This document shows positions 48,801-62,315 of a stretch of 64,000 nucleotides of DNA, in pieces. Made by a program: the position numbers and the translations under genes. Positions within the stretch are counted from its first letter, which is position 1; each line of letters starts with the position of its first letter. The DNA comes from Raillietiella orientalis (taxonomy: Eukaryota), in contig JAYWIR010000017.1 of the NCBI GenBank assembly GCA_036172245.1, positions 1,488,001 through 1,552,000 of the forward strand, given 5' to 3'. The notes beneath the pieces were generated by a model that had not been told where the DNA came from, searched no databases, and saw only the letters and a list, made by a program, of their open reading frames with translations.

Positions 48801-51800
48801 ACTCACCAATAACTTCAAAAGGTTTCCACGCTGCTTTGCCTCCAGAATAAAGTTTCTATTTATTCATCAAAGTTTCTTTGTAATTAAAACTGGAAAACTA
48901 TGACTGTGAATTTCACAATACATTTTGTATTGAAAAGACATTATTCATTTGTCCAAATACCTAACTACAGTATCATCTGTTCGAGAATCACTGCTGTTAA
49001 TAATTAGCAAAAAATCATTTGTTGATGTTTCGAATCATTCCTGAACTGCTTTCTAGATATAATAAGGCAACAGAATTCCCTTGCAAATATGCACTGGAAA
49101 TATATGTATACGTACGTACAAATTATATGTATGTATGTATGTATACGTATAAATATATATTACTTCACTTAAAACGTCACGAATCCAGAGATAATAAAAT
49201 CATTAAACATATGTCAGAAACCGATAGCACCCAATTCGATGTAAAATAATAGTATCTGAAGTGGTACCTAGTTTCTCTTTACCGAATCTTCATCATTTCT
49301 TTAGCAATAATTAAGAACTCATCAGTTGGCTTTTGTGTTAGCTTCTACACTGTTTTATTTATTATTTCTATAGTTGTTTCTGTCCTCTGTTTCAAGTAGA
49401 TGCAATAGATATAGGTACTGTAACTTGAAAATTGTAGTTTTCTGTGTGAGATTCCTGGTCAGTAGCTTTTACATTGGCTGGAGAACTGGCAAATTCTGAA
49501 TATGGCACTTGTAATTTTCCGAACAAATTAGTTTATTCGAGGACGCTTCACAGAGAAGTGAGGCTAAAAGTTAGAAGATATTCAGGCCTCATTTTTTAAA
49601 AAATTCTTTTGAATGCTATCATTGTTTTGATATCTAGAATACTTTCATCATTACGACGTCCTATTTGAGTTCAAGAGTTTCATGAAGACATTATGATAGA
49701 GTTGCTATCGAAGGGTAAAATGAAGGATCAGATATGTAAGGCACAAAGGAATTCTTCATCCATTCTGGCATCTGATCTGACAAAAAATCAAGATCTACCA
49801 TCCTCTGATCTGTTGACTCACTATTAATTGTATTTCGTCTCAGACTTTTTCTGAAACGAAAAGGAACGCTTATTCTCGTGAACTGCATTTCTAAAAAAAA
49901 TCCGAATAACAGTGCTTCAGCTTGGTAAATTTTATGCCAGTTTCGAAGGAACGTCATCCATGTGCAGAAATACTGCTACTAAATGCGATAGCTTAGCATA
50001 TAGTATAATTCATAGGGCAAATAATAGGGACCAGAACCCATTACTCTCTCTTTCATAAAAAGCGTCTTCAGTAATTAATATCTTTTGAGTCCATAATCTA
50101 GGAAAGCAACTCAAGAAAGCAGGATCCCAAAACCTGGGTTTTACGTAGCTGTCCACAATTTAGTGCATAACAATTTTAGTTCCATCTAGCCTGTTTTGGT
50201 GATGTAGCTCTGCTTTATAAAGAAACACATGAACCATAATCCATGCAAATCTCTGCAATGATTTCCCTTATCCAAAATTATTATAAACGACATTAAATAC
50301 ACTGAATATGTTTGGTTTTGCAGCTCCTTACAGAAAGAAAATTTCCAAAATTTCCAAAATTTTCCTCCAACAGTCAAGCAAAATGAGTGGATTTTTGCTT
50401 CATAAAGCAAACGAAGTATTTTCTTCTCTTAATGCTTTCCTTTCGCTATTACGAGTTCTTTTATTAGGGATAAAAGAAGCACGATATTACGTGGAAGTTC
50501 AATATTTCGAATTGAAATCTGGGATGCTTTGCAACTGTCAAAGGAGGCATCACAAATAAACCGACAGTTTTCCAAAGGAGAGTTTCTAATGCAGCTGCCG
50601 CACCTCTTGTGTTTGTAACAGAACCAACATTCCCACTTTGTAGCTATTCATGAGTACTGCTTCAAGCTTCGTCCTGCGGCGGCTCAAAAGAAGATGCCCA
50701 TACTTTGTAAAGCATCCGCATATGTCCTCATTTGCGTTTCATGTAAACCGATGTGCATGTAGCTCTCTCTAGGTTATTGTCTTTGGGTTATTAATTCGAT
50801 TTCAGAAACCTTCATTTGGTGCCTCACTATTTTAATTACCTTGTGACTCTTCAGCCCTATATTCCTAATCTAGATTTTTCGTAAGAAGCATGTCCATTGC
50901 TTCAATAGGATGCAAGCACCTCGTCTACCTGTACTCAAAACTGGCAGGTAACACGCCACCCATCATATTGACAAGCATGCAAATGAAGTGACTTTCTGAA
51001 AAGGGAAGGGCAAACAAACATGAAAAGGGGAGAAACGTCCAAGTGCAAACACTACCAAACATAGAGGACACATACACAAAAATGCAGAGTGAAGTAACAC
51101 AAGCATTTTTGTTCAGAAGCCACAGTTCAGGTACTTAGGAACATAATTTACAAGGCAAGGCTTTGTTCGTGTCCTTAGAGTGCCTGCCGTTGGGTTGGGT
51201 AGGCGGTGTTCCCTTAACTCGTTTCCAGGCCGTCTTTCTTCATATCAAGGAATACGTATTTTAAAAATCGGTTCTTAAATTCTCGATCGATCGATTCCTA
51301 AAAGTCTCGAAGCGGCTCGATCGATGTAGCATTTGTTGGCAGGCACTGGGGCAGCATTTGTATTCTGACACATCTTATTTTCCACATATTACCATAACGA
51401 AAATTTAGATTCCATATTTACCATCTTCTTCCTCCATGGCCCATAAATATTAGCACAGAGCACCATGCTCTGGTCTATCAAGTTTTCCTGTAACTGTTCT
51501 CCCTAAGTAGACTGAAACTAATAATTGAAAACTATGGGCACAAATAGAACATTTTCGGTGATAGCCGCGAATGATATATTAATAGTTTTGAAATTAGATG
51601 TACTACTATTTTAAAATCTGAAATAGTACTACATGTGGCAATATTCACAATGTTGCCCAGTTAAGATTTAACACCAGTGCACATTTGAATTGTAAGGATT
51701 CAAGTAGCCTGGGCTGTCAATTAGGATATCTAATATTGATTAATTCACCCATCATTTGACGAGGATGTATTTCCATTTGTAAATACAAGCTCCTAGTAGG

Positions 51801-52338
51801 ATCGTTATTAATTGCTAATTTTGATTAATGATTTGGTTCAATCATTGATTTTGGTTAAGTTTGATAGTTAAAAAAAGGCATTAAAACCATTTTTTGCAAG
51901 GGGAATTTTCATACTGCACAATCGCGGGCATGGTTACCACCGATAGGATTCTGTGATTCAGATGCAATAGTTCCTTATACTATGCTCCAGATCTCTTATT
52001 CCAAGTCACGTAATGGAATTCACGCTGCAGTTCTGCTTATCGTAATTGCCTATTATAATATGCAATGATGAACATTATTTTTCACTAAAACTAAAATTCA
52101 CTTCAAGTCAGTTCTTAAAAAATACACACGCAAATGTTTTTCCAGGTTGAAATTAATATAGTGTTGTGATCAAATTTACATGCCCTTATTACATGGCCTG
52201 AATTCGATGTTTATTCGATGTTCATAGTATTACGTTGTTTATTTCACTACAGGCCACCCTGAAAGGTGATGAAGTACTTTAGTTTTTCATTAAAAAACCT
52301 TTGAACACGGGTGCGACAAATGTAAAAACAATTATTTA

Positions 52339-55300
52339 TTACAATCCTGAATAATTTATGGAGTACATAGAATAGTAAAAATAAATATTCACTCCAGAAC
52401 ATAGTAGACAATTTACAATTCCGGATTTGTTAAATTCATTAACTGGGATTGAACTTGGCAACATCTGACTGTCAGTTACTAACTGGAGCTGCCAAGTAAG
52501 CTGAGCGACCATGTTCACAAAATGCTCTAATAAACACAATCAATATGACCAACGATCTGATGTTAACCAGAAATTAATATCAGATAAGTGCTAACACAAA
52601 ATAGTTTAAAAACACTCATAGAGAAGATGTGTTTTCATGACATGAAGTTGTTTTTCATGAGTTTCATATGAAATCAAAGCTAAGTCCAACCAGTAATCCT
52701 TACTGATCAAAGCTGTTAATGCGTTTCTTATGTATGCCTGCAGAGCTCGACTTTGCTGAACCAATTCTGCTGTGCAACCTATTTGACTCTTAAAATAGTT
52801 CTTGGTTTTGTGAATACTTACCTAAAAACTCCTCAGCACATGTACCACATACATAGACCATCATGCAGTTTTTTGTGTCAGTGACATGTAGACGGAAGCA
52901 GAAGGTCAAGTGAATTTCCGTTTCTGAAATAAGGTGACCCTATTCCAGTCAACCTATCTGCATACCAGTGCAGCATATAGGATGGCATCCTTCTTGAATG
53001 AACTTCTTAAGTATGGTGTATGGGAAGATTCGACCACATGATGGGCATATTCCAATGATAAGATTCAATAAAGAGTTGGCATTCGGATTGGGTAGTATGT
53101 CCAAAACCTGGACTTGCACTCGCCCTTGACATGCTGTTGTTGATGTTTGGAAATGTTCCACATCACTACAAGGCCTTTGCATCAATTCACTATCAACAAC
53201 TACAGACAGATATCCTTGATTAGAAGTATGAATTTACCAGTCACAAGTTTCCTCTTTGAAGTTTTGGCCCATGCATTTTGAAGCTGTTCCTGTTCATCAC
53301 TTTGATGCTCTATGTCATTCTGAATCACCTGACTTGTTTGCTGACAAGAATTGCAATTATCATGCTGTATTTCTGATTGATTTTCCGAAGAAAGAGAAGG
53401 GATATCGAGGAACAAAGCAGGATTACTAATGATCTGTGTACTTGTTGAAGGTTGTGAAAACTGCCAATTAATGTCCTGTGAAAACAAAAATTGTGATGAG
53501 CTTTCATGACTTCTTGGAGCAATGAAAGGTTTGGATGTTAAAGAATGACTGTCACAAGACGGTAAGGAAGCTTGCATTTGTTGCACTGATTGCAAACTGC
53601 TTGCAATCTCTTCAACAGTAGCCTGGCTTACATTCTGTCGATTCTTTTGTGCGATAATTGAGTCTACAACAGTACTAAAATTATTAGGAAGATTCTCTCC
53701 ACTGTTCTGCTTTAATAAAAACCCTAAAATTTTTGAAAGACGTCTAAAATCAAATGAAAGAAGACTGATTCTACCCTTACTCACTTGCGCATTAGTTGTA
53801 CTTCTTTTTGAGATTTATGCAAATATTTGATGCTTCCTTCAAGAAGCAATTCAACCATGGGAATATCAGGAGGCTCTGAAAATATGTCTTCCACTAAGAC
53901 CACAGACACTCCTTCCAACAGTATGAATTCTCCTGCTCGTAATACACAAGCCTGTTCTATGCATTCAGGCTTCTTCACCATCACTAACACACTGACTTTA
54001 TTGCTACCATACACTAAAGTACTCTGAGAGTCCATGTCTTGTGTAGCATGATTCAAATTGATTTCTCGAGTTAAAACCCATTTAATTATAGTTCCATCCT
54101 GCACACGTAGCAGAACACTGGTGATATGTTTAGAAACAGGGTCCGTTATGCTCCGCACACCTACCACCTATAGAAATGATGAAGGCAGACAGTAGGCAGA
54201 AGTTTACCTGGCAGTATAGGTCACACATACATGGTCCTCGAATATCCTCTAAGCATAGGTCAAAACTAATACGTGCAGGCTGATCTGGAAAGTATATCAA
54301 TTCTCTTCGGGCTTCCAGTTCCTGAGTAAAATAATCACGGAGTTTCTTAATTAGTTCTTGTTCTTGTTCAGTAATAACAATATCTTCTTTAAATTTATGT
54401 TTGGGCTGCAAACTGCTGTTCTGCTGTGAATCAAACACGACAAGACTGGCAAGGTTGTATACTCGTCCATCTAGTTTACGATTGTATATCTCTGTCCTCA
54501 TGCCATGTACACGCAAAATATCCCCTTCTTCAAAATTATATATACATGGGATTCGAGAAAATATGTGAAGCAAGATATCTTTGCGAGATGAATTTGGTCG
54601 TTCACAAGATGCATCTTTCAGTACTAGAATGCAGTGATAACTATTTCGCAGGGTCAATTGCCACTTCTATGGGGATATAAAAACATATTTTTTAATAGAA
54701 ATATTACTAGAACCTTTTGCACGCAGTCTAAGATAGCCATAACATTAAATTCATTTGAAGATGCAGAAAGATCTGCAATACTGGTATAATTAAGATGTAA
54801 TGAATGGGCATCCTGGTCTGATGGTAGTGCATGGATGGGTGAAACTGCATGTCCACATGTGGCTGGTTTCTTGTTATTAGAGCCTACTCAGTTCAACAAC
54901 AAAATGGTAATCATAGAAAACTCTTTTGAAAGAAGATTATCACCTGCATTCACACATGTGGAAACCATGTTTTCATTATCTGATGTGCTTTCAGACTGCT
55001 GATAATTGGTTTCAGAATTTCCAGCTGGTGAACTCTGCATGGTTTTCCTTTTTCTATGGTTATCAGAACAATCCGACATTAACGCCTTAATATCTGCAAT
55101 CATGTTGTTTTTATTCTAAAATAGCGCATTAATAAAGGACTTGCAAAACTTAAGCATTAAGGTGAAATTCAAAGCAAAATTCCATCTCTAAATCTAGGAT
55201 TCCCACACCCAATTTACCGGTAGCATGACTAATTTGCAGTTGGTATTTGTAGAAGGATCCATATATGCCATGAGACGATGATTTTGGTTAATATTACTCG

Positions 55301-55433
55301 TCACACAATAACTAGGATCTTCCTTCACACTAGGATTCACAAGAACGAGAATTGCTTCAGGGTGAAGATCAATGGTCGCCAGAGCATTGATAAGAAAAAT
55401 TGAAATGTTCAGACCTTCTTCAAACAGAAGCAC
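52339..55433 (-). CDS. POT1: POT1-like telomeric ssDNA-binding protein (OB1, OB2, C-terminal OB with CxxC), multi-exon; 5' end lies at or beyond 55433
   Basis: OB1 LVLKDAS...LHIF...EGDILRVHGMRTEIYN...LVVFD...ITEQEQELIKKLRDY resembles POT1 GDIVRFHRLKIQVY...FTTEDHKMVEALRVW. OB2 LEDIRGPCMCDLYCQ|VVG...LLRVQDGT. C-terminal RVQVQVLDILP...CPSC. ORF blocks are separated by short GT-AG introns. Confidence 0.88.
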
Positions 55434-55642
55434 TTAAAATAAACCAAAAGTTTATCAATAAAAACCATGCGTTTCAAATACTGGAAAATAATTTTAATGC
55501 ACTATTTTATTGTGCAAGCCCTTGTATGACTAATGTTACACTATTAAGAGGGTGTGGGAAGGTGGAAAAAAAAGTCTGTCTGACACTGAGAAAATTCTTT
55601 AATTTTTACTCATATAACCTTATTATTACTAACAAAGTTTAT

Positions 55643-55696
55643 ACTTTGTAAATATCGGTAAAGAAATTCAAATTTCTTTACCGATATTTACGAAGT
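55643..55696. repeat. 26-bp inverted repeat (one G-T pair), 2-nt centre
   Basis: actttgtaaatatcggtaaagaaatt-ca-aatttctttaccgatatttacgaagt, upstream of the POT1-like exon at 55433. Confidence 0.93.
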
Positions 55697-58600
55697 TTTA
55701 GACATTAAGAACTTTTTACACCCAACAAAGCTTGTTTGATTCACATAACTTATTTGCATGTAGATATCTCAAGGTAGATAAAAATTGGTTCCTAATAAAA
55801 TAAAGATACATTATACGCAGTTTATGCCACTAAGAGTTTGTACAAAAAATAATCTTCATGAGCATCTGATGATTTATTACCCAAACAGAATATAAACAGG
55901 CTTCAAAGATTGATAATAATCTCACATTTTGAACCAGAAAAACTCTTCTGGAAGCAAAAAAGAACCAAATGAAATATGAAGCAGAATTTTGTGAAATTTC
56001 AGTAAAAAACGCGGAATACCTTAATATTAGATCCTAATTTTTTTAGTGACCATTAAACACTACATAGAATAGCAAAATACAATTACATGAATATCAAGAA
56101 TAAAAAGAAAACCAACTTTAATTTCCAAATAAGTAGAAGGTGATATGAAGTGAAAGCTACTCTACTGCACAGAATATGAGAACGTGGAGGTTAGGAGAAA
56201 AAGCATCCACCAAAAATCCCAACTCCACGATTTCGTAACATGTGACATAAGCACACCAATTGCTATTGAAAATGGCATATTCTCCATGCTTCAGAATCAA
56301 GTTAGTCAATGGGATCTCATTTAAAAATATATGAATATGAAAACATCAATTTCCATAAAGAGTTAGTGAATACTGTGAAAAATAGTTATTTTATATGGAA
56401 CACTATTTTGCAGTTTAGAGTTTTGGTGAATCTTTCATGACTACAAGAGATATCTACTGGAGCTGATACTGTTCTTAAATAGACCTGCTGCACATAAATA
56501 TCATTACATATTATTCCAATAATGAAAACACATTTCAGAATACCAAATACAACTGTAAATGATGACAACGTTTTCCTCATTCGTTTTTTTTCTTCCTGGT
56601 TGAAGAATAATATCATTAATACAAATAGCTTAGATACATATCGCCAGCATTAAAATTATGGAATTGCATTTCAATTATGGTTCGGTTGCAGCCACAAAAC
56701 ATTATTTCAGGAGGAAAATAATATACGGATGAATCTAGCTAGGCAACTACTATGCCAGACAATGGTTATTAGAATCCTAAACAAGAATCTCGCCTTAAGA
56801 TCCAGCTTGCTCACAAAATGTTGTTTCAGAATTACAAGCATTGATTATGCTGCCATGAAACTATCTTAAACATATATTAAGATCCAAATTCCATAACTTT
56901 ATTACCAAGGAGATCTTAATAAATCGTACAACAAAGTGAATAAAATCTAGATTGCTATATATAGGGGTGAAGAGATTCTCAGATTACTCACAATACAGAA
57001 GAGAACTGAAGTTGTGTTAAATGAATGATATGGCTACAGTCCACAGAGAATGCTACACAAACTTGACTTCTTTTTGTTGGAACTTAGAAGAATGGTTTAC
57101 TCTACATAGTTTGAGCAATATAAAGAAACATGCTACACTGCAGTGGCAATAATCAACTTGAGATGGTGCTGATGGAAGCTTGATTTCAAAAGATGGTGAA
57201 TTATCTGATCTATTAAGTTTATAAATTTTTTTGCATAGGATGCCATTTTGTGGCAGTTTTTTAAATTGCAAGTTTACCAGAATAAAGAAAAGTGACTTTG
57301 AAAAGGATCATTCAAAATGTCATCATTGAAATTAGCAGAAAAAAAAATATCCAACATAAAAAACATTGATGGGATGGAACCATATCTATTAATGTCTATA
57401 ACTCAACGGAATACTAAACAGCAGACAGCTACTTCAGCTAAGTAGCAGACATCAGAAGCAGTTTTTCCATGTCATGAATAAATCTTCACACTCATATTTT
57501 TCATGTTATTTTCACATAAAACTGTACATTAATTGTGAACCACAATGATTGGAAAAATAAAAATATATATTAAATAGTATGTATATGTATATATATTAAA
57601 GCTAGCCACAAATAAAAAAAAAGAAGGAAAATATGTGCTATGTGTGGGGAATGTGGAGATGCCTAAAACATGCTATTCAAAGATAAAGAAAACTAAAACC
57701 AAATTTTTTTTGTATTTGGCAAATTTTATCAAGAGAATGAACAAATAGAATAACCAGCTCTTAATCACTTAACACGAAATTATTGATGAGAAAACATCAA
57801 AATACTTAAAATCAAACTAATTGTAAAATATTGTTAGTCAACACAGTACTTGAATTGTGCATGACATTAAACCACAAGTGCAGAACTTTACAACACAATA
57901 ATGCAGAAGTGCAATTCAATACTGCGAATAAGTTTCCTTTCATACATTTCTCACGATCTATTTATTTCATTTCTATATAAACCACTCACATAGTTTCAAC
58001 ATTTTCTAATTCATTCTCTATTATTCCCCCACAAATGAAAACAATTTTACAAATAAAAGGAAACATTTCATGCATTGATTAAAAAATTTGTCACAGTATT
58101 TCAAAAAAAAAAAAAATAATACAATTATACTTAGTTATGTTTGATGGATTTGCATGACCATGATGCAAAAAATTATAATAATTTTGAAACTATCACAGAA
58201 AATCTAAAACGTAATTCCTCTAAATTTTTGCACAATTTTATTTTTTCAAGGGTTTCAAGGGAAAATTGTAATTTTGTTAAATGCCTTCATAACTTTCCCT
58301 TTATATTTCACATTTACAAGAATGTTTTAAACTCCATTGGACTAACACACATTTTAAACGATTTTATATTATAATAGCTTTACAATTACCGAACATCCAA
58401 ATTACTTTTGACGAATTTGAAATCTGTGTTTACTATACTGATAAAACAATCTACCATTATCTGGTCCATATCACAAGTTAAAAAGTAAATAACAAAAGCT
58501 TCTTACATCCAATCATTCAAAGAGCATGATCATCATAGTGATAAATGCATTTTCATTATTACAAAGTATTTCAACCTAGTAATCTTCATCTCAAACAATA

Positions 58601-60824
58601 TAAACTTCATTCACTTAATAAGATGCTAAATCAAATTCCATTTTCTGAAGGAATAAACATTGATATCCATTCTAAGATTGTAACTACAAACAAATAATCA
58701 GTTTACCTTCTTTTCCAACCAATTTCTTTCTTTGCTTCCCTTTTACACTTCTTGAAATTCCATAATCCTTTATGAATGAAACCTAAATAAAAGAGGAATT
58801 AATAAAAGAGCAATTGCAATATTTTTTAGAAAGTTGAGACTATGGTATATGGTTTTATTTTTTGTATTGAAAATTCAGCTTAAGCATTGCTTTCCCTTGT
58901 GTTTGTAAATCAGAAAATTTTAATTCCAATGCATCTTTCATGATTTCTTAAGAAAACTATTTATCAAAAATACTTTTAATTTGAAATTTGCCAAAAAATT
59001 TAAACGAAAATTAAAATTTCTTAAACACTACAGTCATTACATTTTGACAGGAGTGAGGGCCAAGCTTTCTACAGGGAGACTAAATTGAAATGCTTTTGTT
59101 TCTCACATCCAAACAAATACTATTAATAATTTTACACTTTGAAAAAATAACTCCATAATCAATAACCCATAATCACAACACCTGGAATTTCTCACTAATG
59201 AGGTTTCATATTTTATTTCCAAATTACTCTCTTCCTTTCATTTCATTATTCTCTGATGGCAATTTTGAACTTTGCTTTCCTGTCATCAGGATACATAGCA
59301 TGCTAACTACAGAATCAAGATAAGACAAGGTAAGAGTTTTTTTTACCTACTTCCACATTATTGTGATAACAGGAAATAAGAAATTTTCCCAAATTTCGGG
59401 ACAACTTTCTCAAATAGTTTTGCTTATCTTTCTAAACAAAATAAAGACAAAAGATACTGTTTATAAAATGGTGTAAGCAACAGCAAATTTTCGAAACCGC
59501 CCAAGTAGTTGAAATATCTCCTGATTCTCTCATTGAGTTAAGAGGGAAGACAGATCCTTGATTGACTCTGTTCTTGTAATATGCTTTTGACTGAATTAAT
59601 TGTAAAATTTTTATGGAAGATTTGGCTAGTTTAACTGATATACTTCTGGATAATTACAATCGTATTTGCAGTGTCCTTCCAAATAATAAACTATTACCTG
59701 ACTCCATTCTCATTAATAACTGTCTGTTAACTTTCCAGGTCTTCTATGTTTGTGGCAATCATTAATTACTCATTATTTTTCAAGATAAGTAACAATATTT
59801 GGAAGTGATCTCTATCTTTTCTCAAGTTCTTCTGTTTCTTTGACTCTAATGTGGAAAACTGTTAAAGTTTAATTGGAGTAAGCTTTTTTCAAAATTGAAA
59901 TAATAAGAATTCAATAATATGGAATAAAATGCCTGGCAAGGACACTTGCAAGAACATCGGGAAAAGAAAGAGCAAAATATCATTTGCTTAGTTGCTCTTC
60001 CAAAAACACAGAACACAATATACCCTTTCATCAATAATTTTCTTAATGGAACAATCTACAAAGTTTAGGGGAAAGACTGATCACGAGATTTAAAAAATTT
60101 AAATGAAATTAAATATGGAAATTAGAATCGAAATTGGGCTTAGGGGTGTCCTCCCTATAAAATATGCATCTAGCATTTCCATCATGAATACAACCTTGTG
60201 GTAGGCAGCTAAGTTTTCTTGTCAAATATGCAGCAACAATAACATCTGCATCTGCTCCTAATTGACTTTCTTAATCACAGATACTTTTTGGTTGTTTATC
60301 ATCTGTACTTCTCGAAAAATACTTTCCTAGACACAAATTTCTTATATGCTACTTTAACCTACTCTTTATATGTTACTAATGCTTGGATGTCTTGATATTT
60401 TGACTTTCATCTTGAGTTCATTGAAGATTTTTCAAGAGTTCTGGGCGAATAGAAAGAAAAAAAAATTCTGCTATCCCAATGCAAGTTTATTTCTTAAATA
60501 TGGAAATAAAGCAAAATAAATTCAGGCTTAAGAAATGACAAAGCATCCACTCAAAGAAATACATGAAACAACAAAAACTGTATAAGAGACAGAGGCAGAC
60601 AGAGGAAATTAAACATAAAACTCAATTTAAACTTATACTGCAGCAATCTTCTAACAAGATGGAAATTGTCACTGTTTTTACTTTCCAAATTACTGAAAAT
60701 GATATACTCAAGTTCTCTCAAATTCTCCTCAAGTTCATATGTTTTAATATAAACTGAAATGCAGTATTCTACACAAAATCATATTGCAATTAATTGCACA
60801 CATGAATATTGGATCATACATATT

Positions 60825-62315
60825 ACCTAGTTTTTAACATTACAATAATAATTGAAAACCAATTTGGGTAATCTTTATAATGTCTCCAATACCTTTTTAT
60901 AAAAACGAAAGCAAAAACGAAAGTGAGAAATGCAATTAGAAATGGAAGAAAATAGAGCAAACAAGTGAAAGAGACAGTTCTTTGTTTGAAACTATATTCA
61001 ACATCATGATAGGGTTTATACATACGTACTTACAAAAATAAGTAAAAACATTCAGGTTATGGTATTAATCGAGTATTATTCTATACTCCTTTTTATCTTA
61101 TTCTATATTTCTTTCTCAATGGCATTCTTGCGATTATAACAGATTTTTCTAATTTTAACATCCTGGTATCACTACTTGTAAAATTAAATAAGGAAGTTAA
61201 CCTGCTTTATTTCAATAAACCTGAATCAGATGGCCAAAGCTATCAAAATAATGCAAAATGATTCTATATGGTGTTTGAACACCATGCAGAATCATGCAGA
61301 ATGCCTGAATTACAGTAAAATAGAAAAAAAGACAAAACAAAGGTAACAGCTGAATTTACCATAAGCTATTTACAGTAAACTAACTCTATGAGGTCTAATA
61401 TCATAAACTTCGTTAGTAAATTATACTTGCATTTTCTTCAAATCCATCAGAAGCTCTTGATAAAGTAATTCAAAATTAAAATAACATGTTTTATTTTTTT
61501 GCTTATTTGTATTTCTAATGAATTTCTAAACACTTTCAAGAAACTGCTTACTTACAACTAAATTCATGAAGACGTGCATGTGCAGTATCGATGTATATAT
61601 AATTACAGTTATCTTCATATTGTCATTTCTATCAAATAATGAGAAAACCGGAGTTTTATGAAAGCAACTCATATAGGACCAGCCCCACAACTCTGTGTTC
61701 CAGTATTTAGATTAAAATTTCCTTATAAGATTACGCTTATGGCTTAAGGCGTTCATATAAACTTATAAACCAGCATGGAATAAATGTCCAAGAATTTTAA
61801 ATCAGTAAAAAAACTTAGTAAGACCTCAAGGTCACAGCAATGTAAGCAAGCTTCTTAAGAGGCTGTATTTACAATATGAATATATCAGACTGTAAATCAC
61901 TTACACTATAAAGGTCTAGTTTAATTAATTATATAAATTTATGAACGTGAATCTCTGTCTTTGTTGGAAGTAATGGAATGCAATCGAAATTACATTTAAA
62001 AAGCAATGAAGTAAAGCGAGCAGCGAACTAATATAAAACAAACTTTCATAATTAACTTACCACCATGAAGGATGAATTATTCCTTTGGTAGTCATACATA
62101 TCTCTTAAATTGCAATATTTAATGTTCTGTCCAAGAATATTCATCAATTCGTCTTTGTTTGGGCAAATTTCAAAGTTCTTCTCATTTTCATCTGGATTTT
62201 TCAGCTGTTCAAGATAGCGTTTTTTTTTTGTTAACATATCTTTAGATCCATAACAGCAAGACACTATTAATTTCACACTGCTTTCTGCACTTTTGCTAAT
62301 ATTTCTATAATTCAC
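60825..62315 (-). CDS. Exons of an unidentified spliced gene encoding a probable single-pass membrane protein (full extent unknown)
   Basis: The exon at about 62315-62060 (Cys-containing) ends at a GTAAGT donor. The exon at about 61030-60827 encodes LLYFLPFLIAFLTFVFAFVFI followed by KRYWR and ends at AG|GTAAT. No family recognised. Confidence 0.42.

Noticed and set aside
46288..51100. Possible genes between ERI1 and POT1 (ORFs 49691-49957, 50186-50410, sequence near 47.0 kb)
   Set aside because: No recognisable domain and no consistent exon chain could be built by eye.
56386..60400. Scattered exon-like ORFs on the - strand
   Set aside because: Probably coding in part, but could not be assigned to POT1 or to the membrane-protein gene.
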